NCBI RefSeq assembly: GCF_006345805.1
Contig: NW_021836306.1
Span: 3,243-67,242 of the forward strand
Direction of reading: 5' to 3'
From: Octopus sinensis
Lineage: Eukaryota
DNA length: 64,000 bases
The notes under the pieces are model-generated. The model had not been told where the DNA came from, made no database searches, and worked only from the letters and a program-made list of their open reading frames with translations. A program made the translations under genes and the position numbers. Shown here one piece after another: positions 1-13,677 of this stretch (the stretch's first letter is position 1; every line of letters starts with the position of its first letter).

Positions 1-570
1 TTGTCTCATTCAATTGAGCACTTCTATAGCAGTCCTATTAAACATTTTGTTCCTGATAAGAAACAATCACTGTATTATTGACACATATATATATGCATAC
101 ATATATACACACACACGCACACAGATATATATATACATATATACATATATATAGTTAATCCAAACAAGAAAACACAAAAAAACACAGCAACGCGAGGACG
201 TGGAACAAATAAAGTATTATTGGACGCTCAGGAAAGAAGGGAATATATATATATATATATACACATACACACATACATGTATATATACACACATACACAT
301 ATATATATGTGTGTGTGTAAGTGACACACTCACCAGTAAAATTTCCACTTATTTCTTATTTTTATTTTCTAAAATTTTCGTTGCGTCTTGAAACCTTTTC
401 AATAGTTTTGACTCTGTCCGTTATTTACACTGCGACCCCTTTTGTTTGTTTGTGCGCATGTGTGAGGGTCAGTGGGTCAGTATGTGTGTGTGCCTATACA
501 TGCATGCATGTACGTATGTATGTGTGTATGTGTTTGCATGTTTATGTATGTATGTATATATGTGTGTGAA

Positions 571-905
571 GGCACGTGGCTCAGTGGTTAGAGCGTCGAG
601 CTTACGATCGTGAGGTTGTGAGCTCGAATCCCGGACCGGGTTGCATGTTGTGTTCTTGAGCAAGATACTCTATTTCCCGTTGCTCCAGTTAACTCACCTG
701 TAGAAATGAGTTGCGACGCCACAGGTGCCAACCTGTATCGGCCCCTTTGCCTTTCCCTTGGATAACACTGGTGGCGTGGAGAGGGGAGGCTGGTATGCAT
801 GGGCGACTGCTGGTCTTCCATAAACCACCTTGCCCGGACTTGTCCCTGGGAGGGTAACTTTCTAGGTGCAATCCCATGGTCAGTGTCATGACCGAAGGGG
901 GTCCT
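571..905 (+). mobile_element. tRNA-derived SINE (V/CORE-like central domain)
   Basis: A-box GGCTCAGTGGTTAG and B-box-like GCTCGAATCCC head, then TGTGTTCTTGAGCAAG...GCTCCAG body, between (TG/TA)n tracts; a related fragment lies near 9995-10050. Confidence 0.8.
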
Positions 906-1521
906 GATCCCGATATATGTGTGTGTATGCATATGTGTATATGTATGTGTGTGCATCTGTATGTACGTATCCTGCACATTTATGTGCTTGCCTGTCCGTG
1001 TTTGTGTATATATGCACCTCTGTCCCCTTGTGCGTGCATGTCTGTGTGTGTGTGTGTGTTATGTAACTATGTACCATGTTTGTATGTATGGATGTGCATC
1101 TTTATATGTGTGGATCCGTGTCTCCATATGTGTCTGTTCATATAGTCTACATACCTATCCGTCTGTATATTGATCTGTATATTGATAACAACTTGTTATC
1201 ACACACACATATCTTTTTTTTACTATGTGAATAAATTTATGTTTACAAGTTATTTTCTGAACGGAATGGAGTTTAAAAAGCAACCTGTGTCCAGGTAAAC
1301 TATGTGAATGCCAGGTAAGAATCTACTAAAGTGGCTGAAGTGGTTGGCATAAGGAAGGGCATCTGGCTGTAAAATAATATCTCAAAAGGGTAACCACGAT
1401 GTGTATGGTTACTGTCAGGGGTTAAATGATTATTGTTAAGAGCACAAAGGTTAAGCCATGATTTGACAGGGGAAACAGATTTAAATATTGGGTCTTCCAA
1501 TGGATTTTGACAATGATACAA

Positions 1522-2133
1522 TCATATTTTCCCATGGATAGCTGCATGTGTAGTTAAGTTCCTTCTTCGAAAAAATGATTTACCGCAGATATCACAGTGA
1601 AACTGTCTCTCGCCTGTATGAGTACGTTTGTGACTAGTCAAGGTCCAGTTGTCAGAGAATGATTTACCACAGGTAATACAGTGAAATGGCTTTTCTCCTG
1701 TATGAATATATGTGTGTGTAGTTAATTCACTGTTTTGAGAGAATGATTTGCCACAGGTAACACAGTGATACAGTTTCTCTCCTGTATGAAAACGTTTGTG
1801 TCGATTTAAGTGACTGTTTTGAGAGAATGACTTACCACAGGTATCACAGTGAAATGGCTTTTCACCTGTATGAACACGTTTGTGATTAGTTAAGGCACTG
1901 TTTTGAGAAAATGATTTACCACAGGTAACATAGTGAAATGGCTTTTATCCTGTATGGATACGTATGTGTGTAGTTAATTCACTGTTTTGAGAGAATGATT
2001 TACCGCAGGTAACACAATGAAGTGGCTTCTCACCTGTATGAACACGAATGTGATTAATTAAGTTACTGCTTGTAGAGAATGATTTACCACAGATTTCACA
2101 ACTATGTTGTGATTTTCCTAATTCTTTTGACAT
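1522..2133 (-). pseudogene. C2H2 zinc-finger gene ZNF-A (7 fingers), in-frame TAA at 1945-1947
   Basis: ATG at 2133 (MSKELGK). The frame continues past GGA TAA AAG with five more fingers to TGA at 1522-1524; finger 3 has Cys>Tyr. Close paralog of the gene at 12653. Confidence 0.85.
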
Positions 2134-2580
2134 TTCCCTAAGGGATACAAACAGACCCAACCATTGAAGTTTCTCACAGTATTAAATTTTCCCCTTATCT
2201 TTCGTCTCTCACCACAGAATGTAATTTTCTTATTCTCGTTCTTGTAATTTATTCCCCAGAAATATTTCAAATCCTATCAACCTTGATTTTATTGATATCC
2301 AAAATTCTGCAAACTTCTTTGTAAATATATTCAAGAATAATTAGAATGCAAAAGTACCAGATAAGGAGATGGAGAAATGTTGCTATGAATTGTTGCTCAG
2401 AGCAAATATTTCACAGTAATTCAATCCCAGATTTATAGCAGTTGGGTTATTATATCTGTTCTCTAAAACGTTTTCATTTCGTCTTCAAAAAAACATGGTA
2501 AATATTCCAGATGTATCCAATGAACAAAAGATGTTTGGTGCCAATGTCATCTGTGAATCTGAAATAATAAAGAAACAGTT
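2134..2580 (-). promoter_or_regulatory. Splice acceptor (CAG at 2559-2561) and 5' leader of ZNF-A
   Basis: TGTTTCTTTATTATTTCAG|ATTCACAG, nearly identical to 12215-12240 in reverse orientation. Confidence 0.75.
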
Positions 2581-2739
2581 TTAGATAGAGAGGAGAGATC
2601 AAAATGGAAGTGTTACAACATTTCTATATTGATTAACAAATGATATCAAATAACATTGGGTGGAATCTAAAAATATGTAAACTACAACTACACTTTCACA
2701 CAGTGTAACATTACACACACATATATGTATATATATGTA

Positions 2740-3945
2740 TATATATATCAATCAGGTCATCCCATAAGTTCTGTCTGAAATTTGAATAAAGAAAACAAGT
2801 GATCAAACTGCATCTAACCAGACTCTCTCCCTAATTAGTTGGGCTATGACCCTCTCCGTGACCATCACCTGATCCAACACTTTGATACCCCTGTAGTTAT
2901 TTCTATCTAAAGCATCACCTTTACCCTTGTAGCAGTTGACTAAGGGGCTGCTATGCCAGTCATTGGGTATGACTCCATCATGAACTACCTGGTTTACAAA
3001 ACAGGTGACTTGGCCATAGCTCAGACCACCAGATATTTTAAGCATCTCAGCAATGATTCCTGATGGACCGGGGGCTTTTTCTGGCTTCATACTCTTAATT
3101 GCTTTATCTACCAGGGTGCAATCTATTCGGGTAGCTGGTCCTTTTACTGGGTCAACATTTGGCAGGCTTTCCTCCTCCCATTCATTCTCCATGTTCAGCA
3201 GTCTTTCATAATGGCTTCTCCAAGCCTCTTTCTTTTCAGAATCATTAAAAGCAAGGGCACCATCATCCATGCAGACACATTTCTCTCCTGTAACATCACA
3301 ATTTTCTCCCACACACTGTCTTGCAATCTGAAATACTTCAGTTCTTTGGTCCCCACGTCACAGGACATTGGCAACTTCCTTCTTTTCTACTTCACCCTTG
3401 GCTATGTATACAGGTCGCCCAGCCCCTCTTCTGGCTATCTGGTACACTCCCCCCCTACCCTCACCCTTCCAGGTTTGTTTCTTTGCTTTGATGGCTTTGC
3501 CTATCATATTATTCCACCCCCACATTACTCTAGGTCTGGAAGGGACTTTGCACAGACTTGCTCTGTGGCACTCAGTAAACTTGCTCCATAAGGATATCCA
3601 GCAGCCTTCTATTTCTTGATGAGGAGGTCCCTAAATCTCTGACCATGTGAAGGGTTCATTAGCTTCCAAATCCTTCTTTTCTGGATTGGTCTGCTTCTGG
3701 ACATCCTTCTGGCCTCAAGTCTAAAGTCACCAATGATAATGATTAGTCTATGCTGGGGGTTATATTCTTCACTCGGGAGGGTCTTTGTATTTAAGAGCAA
3801 CCCTGCATCCTGCTGTCTGTTGAGGATGAAATCAATCTGGCTAGCAGAGTCCCCTGATTGGTAGGTTATAAGGTAGCTGTCTGCTTTCCTGAAGTTAGTG
3901 TTGCAGATTAAAAGGTTGCATGCATCACAGAACTCCAGAAGCCCG
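2740..3945 (-). mobile_element. RTE-clade LINE fragment (endonuclease end to RT start), decayed
   Basis: LLEFCDACNLLICNTNFRK...QIDFIL...QHRL, then EKKEAWRSHYERLLN...KAPGPSGI...YKGKGDALDRNNYRGIK. Confidence 0.9.
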
Positions 3946-4040
3946 GTTCCCTCACTGTATCAAGTATTGGTGGTGGGGGGCAGGAGAGGACGAGCACACC
4001 GCGAACAAAGTTTAATTTGGGAGATGGTACGAGGAACGAA

Positions 4041-4077
<37 letters not shown>

Positions 4078-4380
4078 TACATTCAAAGTGTTCATGGGGG
4101 ATGAGAAATTAAACAAACCAGGGAACAAGTAATTATCTTAACGAAATTACATGAGATGAAGAGGGTATATATTGAGGTATATATCAGTTGAAATGGTTAG
4201 CTTCTGAAAACTAGCTGTTAGTAAGTAATACATTTAAAGAGTTAATAGTGTTAATTAATGTATTAATTAATGTGTTAATGGCGAATGAATGCATGAAAGA
4301 TTGAAAAAAATGAGAGAATCTTAACTTAGCAATGCATCATCATTTGGCGACTATTTAAGTTAATTATTATATAATTTTGT

Positions 4381-4745
4381 AGCTTGCTTACCAACCACAT
4401 GGTTCCGGGTTCAGTCCCACTGTGTGGCACCTTGGGCAAGTGTTTCAACTATAGCCTCGGGCCGACCAAAGCCTTGTAAGTGGATTTGGTAGACGGAAAC
4501 TGAAAGAAGCCCATTGTATATGTGTATATATATGTGTGTCTGTGTTTGTCCCCCTAGCATTGCTTGACAACCAATGCTGGTGTGTTCATGTCCCCCTTAC
4601 TTAGCGGTTCGGCAAAAGTGACCGATAGAATAAGTACTAGGCTTACAAAGAATAAGTCCTGGGGTCGATTTCCTCGACTAAAGGCGGTGCTCCAACATGG
4701 CCACAGTCACATGACTGAAACAAGTAAAAGATTAAAGAGCAAAAG
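4381..4745 (+). mobile_element. CORE-type tRNA SINE with internal (TA/TG)n, head truncated
   Basis: GCACCTTGGGCAAGTG core and GAAACAAGTAAAAGA tail; same family as 5675-6108. Confidence 0.9.
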
Positions 4746-5239
4746 AGTAAGTCAGTTATTTCTTTGTGGCCCGATAGCAAACCATTCATGAACCAGTACC
4801 AGCTGTGGCCTGGGGGTTATGGACCTCTCATATACAAGATTACATTGTCTGTCCTGTGTCCATTCATGGTTCTAGAAGATATTTTATATTTATGGTTACA
4901 TAAGATACATATTTTGAGAAGCAATTTCGACATAGTATTTGTACCCAGTTTAGAACAGAAGTGGAAACAGATAGAATCCCATCTCCCTGTCTGTTGCCAG
5001 GGGCTACAAACAGAGAAACAGGTAAAAGAAGAAAAGAATATATTCAGCTGAATTTTATTTGTTTATCAATATTTTCTTTTTGTTTGATCAATATATGGTC
5101 ACTTCACCTGCTAGAAACAACAGCTAAATTCTATGCAATTTAAACCTTCTGGTCCTGAAAACTAGAGATTACTTGCTGATTTAACGCTGGATAAAGAACG
5201 TTAGAAAAAAAACAAAAAACAGGAGAGTCATGGATGGAA

Positions 5240-5476
5240 TATATATTTCTTTATTGCCCACAGGGGGTTAAACATAGAGGGGACAAACAAAGACAGACAA
5301 ACGGATTAAGTCGATTACATCGACCCCAGTGCGTAACTGGTACTTTATTTATCGACCCCGAAAGGATGAAAGGCAAAGTCGACCTCTGCGGAATTTGAAC
5401 TCACAACGTAACGACAGACAAAATAGAGCTACGCATTTCGCCCGGCGTGCTAATGTTTCTGCCAGCTCGCCGCCTT
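5240..5476 (-). mobile_element. tRNA SINE with Meta/MESC-like central domain
   Basis: Head GGCGGCGAGCTGGCAGAA...GAGTTCAAATTCC, core CTTTCATCCTTTCGGGGTCGATAAATAAAGTACCAG, tail AATAAAGAAAT; domain name from recall. Confidence 0.8.
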
Positions 5477-5674
5477 AATATAGCAACCATACCAGCATGA
5501 ATGTCCATGGGACCCAAACCCTTTCTCTGCAAGTACTTGATGCCAAATTTTATCCATTTTCAAGAGATGTTGCTACTAGTTGCTTCCAGAGTCTTCTTTG
5601 AACAGTCTTTGTTCTTTGGAAAGAAATGATGCAGTTTTTAATAAGAAGTGTTGAAATTATTACATGCAAGAAAT

Positions 5675-5838
5675 GGCACAGGAGTGGCTGTGTGGTAAGA
5701 AGCTTGCTTACCAACCACATGGTTCCGGTTCAGTCCCACTGCGTGGCACCTTGGGCAAGTGCTTTCTACTATAGCCTCGGGCCGACCAATGCCTTGTGAG
5801 TGGATTTGGTAGACGGAAACTGAAAGAAGCCTGTCGTA

Positions 5839-5888
<50 letters not shown>

Positions 5889-6108
5889 TGTGTGTGTGTT
5901 TGTGTGTCTGTGTTTGTCCCCCTATCATTGCTTGACAACCGATGCTGGTGTGTTTACGTCCCCGTCACTTAGCGGTTCGGCAAAAGAGACCGATAGAATA
6001 AGTACTGGGCTTACAAAGAATAAGTCCCAGGGTCGATTTGCTCGACTGAAGGCGGTACTCCAGCATGGCCGCATTCAAATGACTGAAACAAGTAAAAGAG
6101 TAAAGAGA
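5675..6108 (+). mobile_element. Full-length CORE-type tRNA SINE with internal (TA)n
   Basis: GGCACAGGAGTGGCTGTGTGGTAAG head through AAGTAAAAGAGTAAAGAG tail. Confidence 0.9.
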
Positions 6109-6286
6109 GCAAGATTTCAAAGTTCTAGCATCCCTCCTTCATAGTAAGCCTATAAACCTTTTAGACCAGCCTCATAGCCATTTCCCTGAATGATTTATCA
6201 TATACATCCAGCATATTTTTGAGCTTAGCTGAGGTTCATCTTTCAGCAAATGACTCACCACAGACATCACAATGAAATGGCTTCTT

Positions 6287-7468
6287 TCAAGTGTGAATAC
6301 GTTTGTGTCTAGTTAACTTCCTTCCTACAGAGAAAGACTGACCGCAGATATCACAGTGATAAGGTCTCTCTCCAGTGTGAATGTGCCTGTGTGTAATTAA
6401 GTGGTCATTTCGAGAGAATGATTGACCACAGATATCACACTGATAAGGTTTCTCTCCCGTATGAATGCGTTGGTGTTTTGTTAAGATATGACTTTGAGAG
6501 AATGATTGACCACAGATATCACACTGATAAGGTTTCTCCCCTGTGTGAATACGTTTGTGCTTAGTTAGGGAACGTCCCTCAGCATATGACTGACCACAGA
6601 CGTCACAATGAAAAGGCTTCTCTCCAGTATGAACACGTTTGTGTCTGGTCAATGTACTCCCTTCAGAGAACGACTGACCACAGATAACGCACTGATATGG
6701 TTTCTCTCCTGTATGAATGCGTCTGTGATTAGTTAAGACAAAATTCTGAGAGAAGGATTTACCACAGATGTCACAGTCATATGGTTTTTCACCTGTATGA
6801 ACGTGTTTGTGTTTACTTAAGTAATTAGGCCGAGAGAATGATTTGCCACAGGTATCACAGTGAAATGGCTTCTCACCTGTATGAATACGTTTGTGCTTAG
6901 TTAAGTGATCGGACTGGGAGAAGGATTTACTACAGGTATCACACTGATAAGGTTTCTCACCTGTATGGATACGTTTGTGCTTAGTTAAGGTCCCTCCATC
7001 ACAGAATGACTGGCCACAGAAAACACACTGATATGGTCTCTCTCCTGTATGAATGCGTATATGTGTAGTCAAGCCATGATTTTGAGAGAATGATTTACCA
7101 CAGACATCACAGTGATATGGTCTCCCTCCTGTATGAATGCGTTTGTGAGTAGTTAAGTGGTAATTCTGAGTGAATGATTTACCACAGATATCACAGTGGT
7201 AGGGCCTCTCCCCTGTATGAATACGCTTGTGGGCAGTTAAGTGTTTATTTTGAGATAATGATTTTCCACAGATATCACAGCGATATGGTTTCTCTCCTGT
7301 ATGACTACGTTTGTGAACCGTGAGGCTTTCTTTCCGAGTAAATGACTTTTTACAGATATCACAGTTGTGAGATGTTTTTCCTCTATCTTTTGGCACCTCC
7401 TCAATAAAGTCAAGACTTTCCGTCAGCATTTTACATTTCACATTGTCCTCACGCAATTCACTTTCCAT
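6287..7468 (-). CDS. C2H2 zinc-finger protein ZNF-B, 393 aa, 13 fingers
   Basis: Intact ORF with TGEKPY linkers; acceptor TCTCTCTTATTTCAG near 7750; a remnant 14th finger follows the TGA. Confidence 0.92.
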   Translation of the reverse strand: MESELREDNVKCKMLTESLDFIEEVPKDRGKTSHNCDICKKSFTRKESLTVHKRSHTGEKPYRCDICGKSLSQNKHLTAHKRIHTGERPYHCDICGKSFTQNYHLTTHKRIHTGGRPYHCDVCGKSFSQNHGLTTHIRIHTGERPYQCVFCGQSFCDGGTLTKHKRIHTGEKPYQCDTCSKSFSQSDHLTKHKRIHTGEKPFHCDTCGKSFSRPNYLSKHKHVHTGEKPYDCDICGKSFSQNFVLTNHRRIHTGEKPYQCVICGQSFSEGSTLTRHKRVHTGEKPFHCDVCGQSYAEGRSLTKHKRIHTGEKPYQCDICGQSFSQSHILTKHQRIHTGEKPYQCDICGQSFSRNDHLITHRHIHTGERPYHCDICGQSFSVGRKLTRHKRIHT

Positions 7469-8130
7469 AATTTATATTTTCTCACCACAATATGCAGATG
7501 TTTACACACTTCATTCCTATAAAATTTCTTATCTTGGTCAATATCTGCAGAAGCTGCCAGCTCTTTTGTAATCCAAGGTTAATAGGAATGCAAAATCCTC
7601 ATTGAAGAAGAAATATTGCTGCAGTCGCAAGAAATATTTCACACAAAATTTACCTTCTTTCTATAAACAGGGATCTCTTTGTTCTGTGTCACAGCTTTAT
7701 TTAATCTTTCAAAAATGATAAATCCATTAATCCAATGTTATCCCGTAATCTGAAATAAGAGAGAAACAACAGAAATTACAGAGGATACTTGATAAAACAA
7801 CAGAGACTACACAGTGGAAGATTTTACCTGTTATATTCATGACTATGGGAAGATATTTTTTTCATCTTTCACTTGTTTGACTGTGGCCATGCTGGGGCAC
7901 AGCATTGAAGGGCTTAGATACACAAACCAACACTAATACTTAGTTTTTTAAGAGACTCTATTAGTCTCTGGCAAAACTGCTAGGTCAGAAGGATGTAAAC
8001 AAACCTACTCCAGTTGTGATGCAGTCATGGGGGACAAATGCAACAGAAATACTCACACACACACATATGTAATGAAAGGGACTTCCTAAATCACAAAAGC
8101 AACAGAAATACATACATCAACATCATTTAA

Positions 8131-8342
8131 CCCTTTCGTTACAGTATTTATTTTGAGATGCTCTGTGTTCAATTTTAAATATAACAAAGAATTTAGTAAA
8201 ATAACTTCGTTATCATTAAGCTAGTGTTAGGAATATAAATTGTGACTAAGGTTTGGTGGAAGATTTTAATTCAGAACTTATGTAAACAAGACATTTGTAC
8301 TCAGAACCAGAGCCAGTTTCAGCCGGGTTGGTAACGAAAGGG
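8131..8342. mobile_element. piggyBac-type MITE (212 bp)
   Basis: TTAA|CCCTTTCGTTAC ... GTAACGAAAGGG|TTAA: 12-bp TIR with TTAA TSD. Confidence 0.9.
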
Positions 8343-8346
8343 TTAA

Positions 8347-8900
8347 TGTCTGCTTTCCATACTGGCATGGGTCACACAGTTTGACCGGAGCCGATGAGCC
8401 GGAGAGCTACACCAGGTTCCAGTGTGATTTGGCATGGTTTCTATGGCTGGATGCCCTTCCTAACACCAACCACCCCAGGGGTGTAGTGGGTGCTTTTATA
8501 CACTACCGGCAAGGGTGCCGTTTACATGACACCGGCAACAACCAGGACTACGATTCAAGGCAATGACTATGATGCAAGGGTGTCGTTTACACGGCACTAG
8601 CGGCACCCACGATGACTCATGAGTCCTATTTCCATGACTCTGGTGACCACTATGACTCACAGGTGCAATTTACATGGCATTTGCACTGACCACGATTCCC
8701 AGGTGCCAATGTACATGGCACCATCAATGACCATGGCTATGATGCACAGCACTAGCATTCATCATCATCATCGTCATCATCGTTTAACGTCCGTTCTCCA
8801 TGCTAGCACGGGTTGGACAGTTCGACCGGGGTCTGGGAAGCCAGGAGGCTGCACCAGGCTCCAGTCTGATCTGGCAGTGTTTCTACAGCTGGATGCCAAG
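8347..8900 (-). mobile_element. Two RTE 3'-end fragments with (GAT)n tail
   Basis: GGCTGGATGCCCTTCCTAAC motif; (CAT)n at about 8757-8782 followed by TTTAACGTCC; same family as 20915-21080 and 33370-33540. Confidence 0.75.
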
Positions 8901-9699
8901 AGGGGCATAAAACCTGCTTCCAGGAGATACCCCTCTTTAATGAGAGGCCCACCTCCGCCATTTACAAAGTCATCCCTCAACATCCTACTGGGGTAAAAAG
9001 AATTGAAGGCACAATGAGTTTTTGGGACCCTACACACTTAAAAAGTATACAAGAAGCCTTTTTGGTAAAAAAAAAATACACATTTTCTGACAAAAAGATT
9101 TAAGGGAGATATGGCTGTTGTTTCTAGCATATCCTGTGACTGGTAAGGTTTCGGGTTGATAAAAAATAATTTCTTAATAGCATAAATGGGTTTATGATAC
9201 TGATGGGGAGAATATATTGAAAATCATCAGAGTGAGAAAGACACGAGGAAGGTCATGAGATATGCTAGACACAGCAGCCAAATCGCCATTCAATACGAGA
9301 TCTACCGCGCACTATCTGTAGTCTATGCTGTGAAATAACCTCATCTGTTTTTCTCAATTTTCATCCTATGAATGTATTACTGGGATTAGGATTAGGGTTG
9401 GATTGAGCTTTTCCCCAGTCACACCTTCATCGTATTTGCTAGAAAGTAGTGAGAAAAGATGCTGCCGATTCGTTTGTGGGTTTCCTAAAAGAAATACGAA
9501 GCATCATCGTTAAAGGATTCAAGTGTAAATTCTGTCAGCAGTTCCGTCTGTCATTAAGAATAAATAATTATTCAATATTATTCAACTTGATTTTATAATC
9601 GTGCAGTATAAATGGTTGTGGTGGAAGTAGACGGCACACAAAAGTGACATAGAATTAATTGGCGGCCGGAAATGAGTGTAGAGCGAAATATTTCGATAT

Positions 9700-9965
9700 T
9701 TTGGTCTTACCTCGGTCTTAATCAGTCGTTTTTCCTCTGCCAGGTCGTGTCAGGACGTCGACGAAGAACAAGAGAAACGACAGAACCTAATTTACAACTC
9801 AAATAAACAGACATTCGCTTTCCGTTTACCATAAGAGATGGAGGAGGAAGAAACAAGGTTCGAACACGCTTCGTTTCTCTCTAAATTACAAAAAAAAAAA
9901 AAAACCCACGCCTTCTTCTGCTCCAGCCACATCTTTAGGGGCCGCCTGGTGACGTCACGTCCGCT
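9700..9965 (-). promoter_or_regulatory. CpG-rich promoter / candidate non-coding first exon of ZNF-B
   Basis: Palindromic CRE TGACGTCA at 9950-9957; minus-strand donor AG|GTAAG with intron starting at 9710; locally CpG-rich. Confidence 0.55.
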
Positions 9966-10261
9966 TTCCCTATCAGACAATCAATGTCCCCCGATGCGGT
10001 TTCGATTCCCGGACCGGGCGATGCGTTGTGTTTATTAAGCAAAACACTTCGGATCTTTTTAGCCCCTTGCATAGGAGAATGGAAGAAGCACCCGCGTACA
10101 AGGCGAAAGACTACGCCCGTGTAGCCAGCAGCCTGGGAGAAGCAACTTCTGCTCAATGTTCTTGCTATTTGTGAGTAAATCTAAGAAGAAAAAAAAACAG
10201 AACCAAAGCCTTAAAATTGTGATACCTGTGCAGGTGGCACGTAAAAAGTATTCCCGGATTA

Positions 10262-10430
10262 CTGTAAGCCAGGTAAGAGATCCGGCACGTACGATAGATC
10301 GATAGATAGGTGTGGATATCTTACCCGTTATGCTTTACAAATCAATATTTAGCGTGAAAATATATTTACTCACATCAAAATCTCCGTGAAGACATACAAA
10401 AACACGTTATGGTTCTTCTGCCGATTCCAG
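10262..10430. promoter_or_regulatory. Bidirectional splice-donor module, copy A
   Basis: CAG|GTAAGA on + (10273) and GAT|GTGAGT on - (10373); inverted paralog of 11575-11735. Confidence 0.6.
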
Positions 10431-10584
10431 AGACAGCAGAGAAAGGTTCCCGCTGGATGCGATCGAAGAGGGACAAAAATCGACTTCGAAACTCTTTGAA
10501 GACAAAATTTTTGCGTCTTTAGCGCGAAGGGAAGTAACTCTGGGCATGTCTTTCTGGTGGCATTGACCTTTCACTGCCACAAGA

Positions 10585-11322
10585 ACCTATTTCTTTTACT
10601 ACCCCCAAGGGGCCAAACGCAGAGAGGACAAACAAGGATAGACGAACGGATTAAGTCGATTATATCGACCCAGTGCCGTAACTGGTACTTATTTCTTTAT
10701 TTCTACTTCTATATAAATAAGTTTAACAGGGTGCCAGGGAGTCTTTCCGGATCTTTTCCGTTTGACCGGCAGTTTTTTAAAATAATTTCCACGAAACTAA
10801 AAACTTTTAAACTTCGTATTCTGGTAGAATGTGTTTATAAAACATCATTTTCTCTTGGCTTTATTGAGAAAATTCTATATTTTGTAAGATATTTATTGCT
10901 GTTTTTTCTTTAATTTCTGCAATTTCAACCAATCAATGACCTCTATTGAGGTGAAAACATCCTGTGCCGTATGAATATGTCCCTCGTTTAAGAAACAGAT
11001 TGGGTTTATTTACATTTGTGAAGAAAAAAAGATACCCTTCCCCCGGGTCGTCTAAAACCTTGTCACTAGACTCGCATGATGGAATCTTTGTAGAAGCCTT
11101 TTTGTGTATGGTGCAGCCTTCCAGCTCGCCATTCCTCTTCAAACCGTCGAACCCATGCCAGCAGTAGGGTTAGGGTTAAATTATGATATTTATATATTGG
11201 AAATATTTCAGTGGTATTTACTTCATTGACCACCAAAAACGAATTTGAACTCAACGTAAAACGGTCAAAATACCGCCAAGGATTTCGTCCAACGAGCAAA
11301 CGGTTCTGCCAGCTCGCCAACT
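10585..11322 (-). mobile_element. Meta-type SINE split by a dispersed DNA repeat (about 10757-11150)
   Basis: SINE tail and core at 10585-10690, head at 11240-11322; the inserted repeat also occurs at 19727-20080, 35255-35305 and 60950-61050. Confidence 0.6.
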
Positions 11323-11574
11323 GAAGTAACCTTAATCACCATGAAGTATAAACTATGTCTTTTTCAACATTACCAGCAAGGCCGCTGCTGACAATAATGA
11401 AGATTCGTTTATCATAGCGAGATGCTAACCACAGTAACCATGGTGATTGGCATCAAACTATTGCAAGTTCCCGCTTTATGATAACATTCTTGGTTTTATT
11501 CATTAGAGAGCGTTGGGTTTATTGTTGTCACATGACACACCGTACTTCCGTTTCTTCTGCAACCTGCTTCAATG

Positions 11575-11735
11575 GACAGAAGAACAGAAAAGGGTTTTTC
11601 GTTGTCTTCACGGAGATTTTGATGTGAGTAAATATATTTTCACTCTAAATATTGATTTGTGTAGCATAACAAGTAAGATATACACACCTATCTATCGATC
11701 GATCGTACGTGCCGGATCTCTTACCTGGCTTCCAG
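11575..11735. promoter_or_regulatory. Bidirectional splice-donor module, copy B (candidate first-exon end of ZNF-C)
   Basis: GAT|GTGAGT on + (11624) and CAG|GTAAGA on - (11724); 610 nt upstream of the acceptor at 12233-12234. Confidence 0.6.
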
Positions 11736-11837
11736 AAATCCGGCAATACTTATACCGTGTATTGAGTATTCGGTTCCGCCCTTCCCGTCTCGGAATTTCT
11801 CCGTCGTGGCAGGGAGTTTTCCGATATTTTTTTCTTT

Positions 11838-11875
<38 letters not shown>

Positions 11876-12613
11876 TTTTTCGTTTCTTACACACAGTCCT
11901 ATTCCACCAGTTTTCCCCTTTTCCTAACCAATTTCGGTCCATTTTCTGGGCATGATGCACTTGGAAAAAAGTAGGAGAAACCTTTTTGGTAAAAAAAGAA
12001 TTAAAAGTAGATATTTTCAGAAGTAAAGGTGTGTGATTTAATGGTGATTTGGCTGTTATGTCTAGCATATCCCATAACCACATTCCCCGATTCTTTCTCA
12101 CTCAGGCAAGTTTACAGATTTTTAGATTCCACCCAATGTTATTTGATGTCATTTGTTAATCAATGTAGAAATGTTGTAACACTTCCAATTTGATCTCTCC
12201 TCTCTATCTAAATACTGTTTCTTTATTATTTCAGATTCACAGATGACATTGGCACAAAACGACTTTTGTACATTGGATACATCTGGAATATTTACCATGT
12301 TTTCTTGAAGACGAAATGAAAACGTTTTAGAGAACAGATATAATAACCCAACTGCTATAAATCCAAGATTGAATTACTGTGAAATATTTGCCCTGAGCAA
12401 CAATTCATAGCAACATTTCTCCATCTCCTTACCTGGTGCTTTTGCATTCTAATTAAACTTGAATATATTTACAAAGGAGTTTGCAGCCTCTTTAGATATC
12501 AATAAAAGAGCAGTGGAAATACTTCTAAGAAATAAACTATAACAAGAAGAAGAAGAAGGAAATTACATGCTGAGGTGAGAGAAGAAAGATAAGGGGAAAA
12601 TTTAATACTGTGA

Positions 12614-13434
<821 letters not shown>

Positions 13435-13677
13435 CACTGTGATATCCGTTGGAAATCATTCTCTGTGTGGAAGGGCTTAACTAGTGACAAACATATTCAA
13501 AAGACAAGGAAATCTTGTTCCTTACACTATCAACAAGAAGCACAAGTTTGCGGATAAACCATTTCTCGAATCTAGGAAGTGTTTCATGAAAAAGTATCAA
13601 CCTAGGGGCCTTACCCAGGAAGAGAAGCTGGATATTCTGTGTGTAGAAGTGAAATTTTATCATAGACATGTGGTGCT

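Noticed and set aside
571-645. tRNA genes (also 5400-5476, 5675-5745 and about 26165-26225)
   Set aside because: A/B boxes are present but they run into SINE bodies or are decayed; no complete cloverleaf
200-1173. Many 60-130-aa ORFs rich in H/T/Y/I/C/V (also at 5.6-6.1, 22.9, 40.2, 42.0, 52.0 and 63.0 kb)
   Set aside because: Translations of (TA)n, (CA)n and (TG)n microsatellites and SINE bodies; no protein signal
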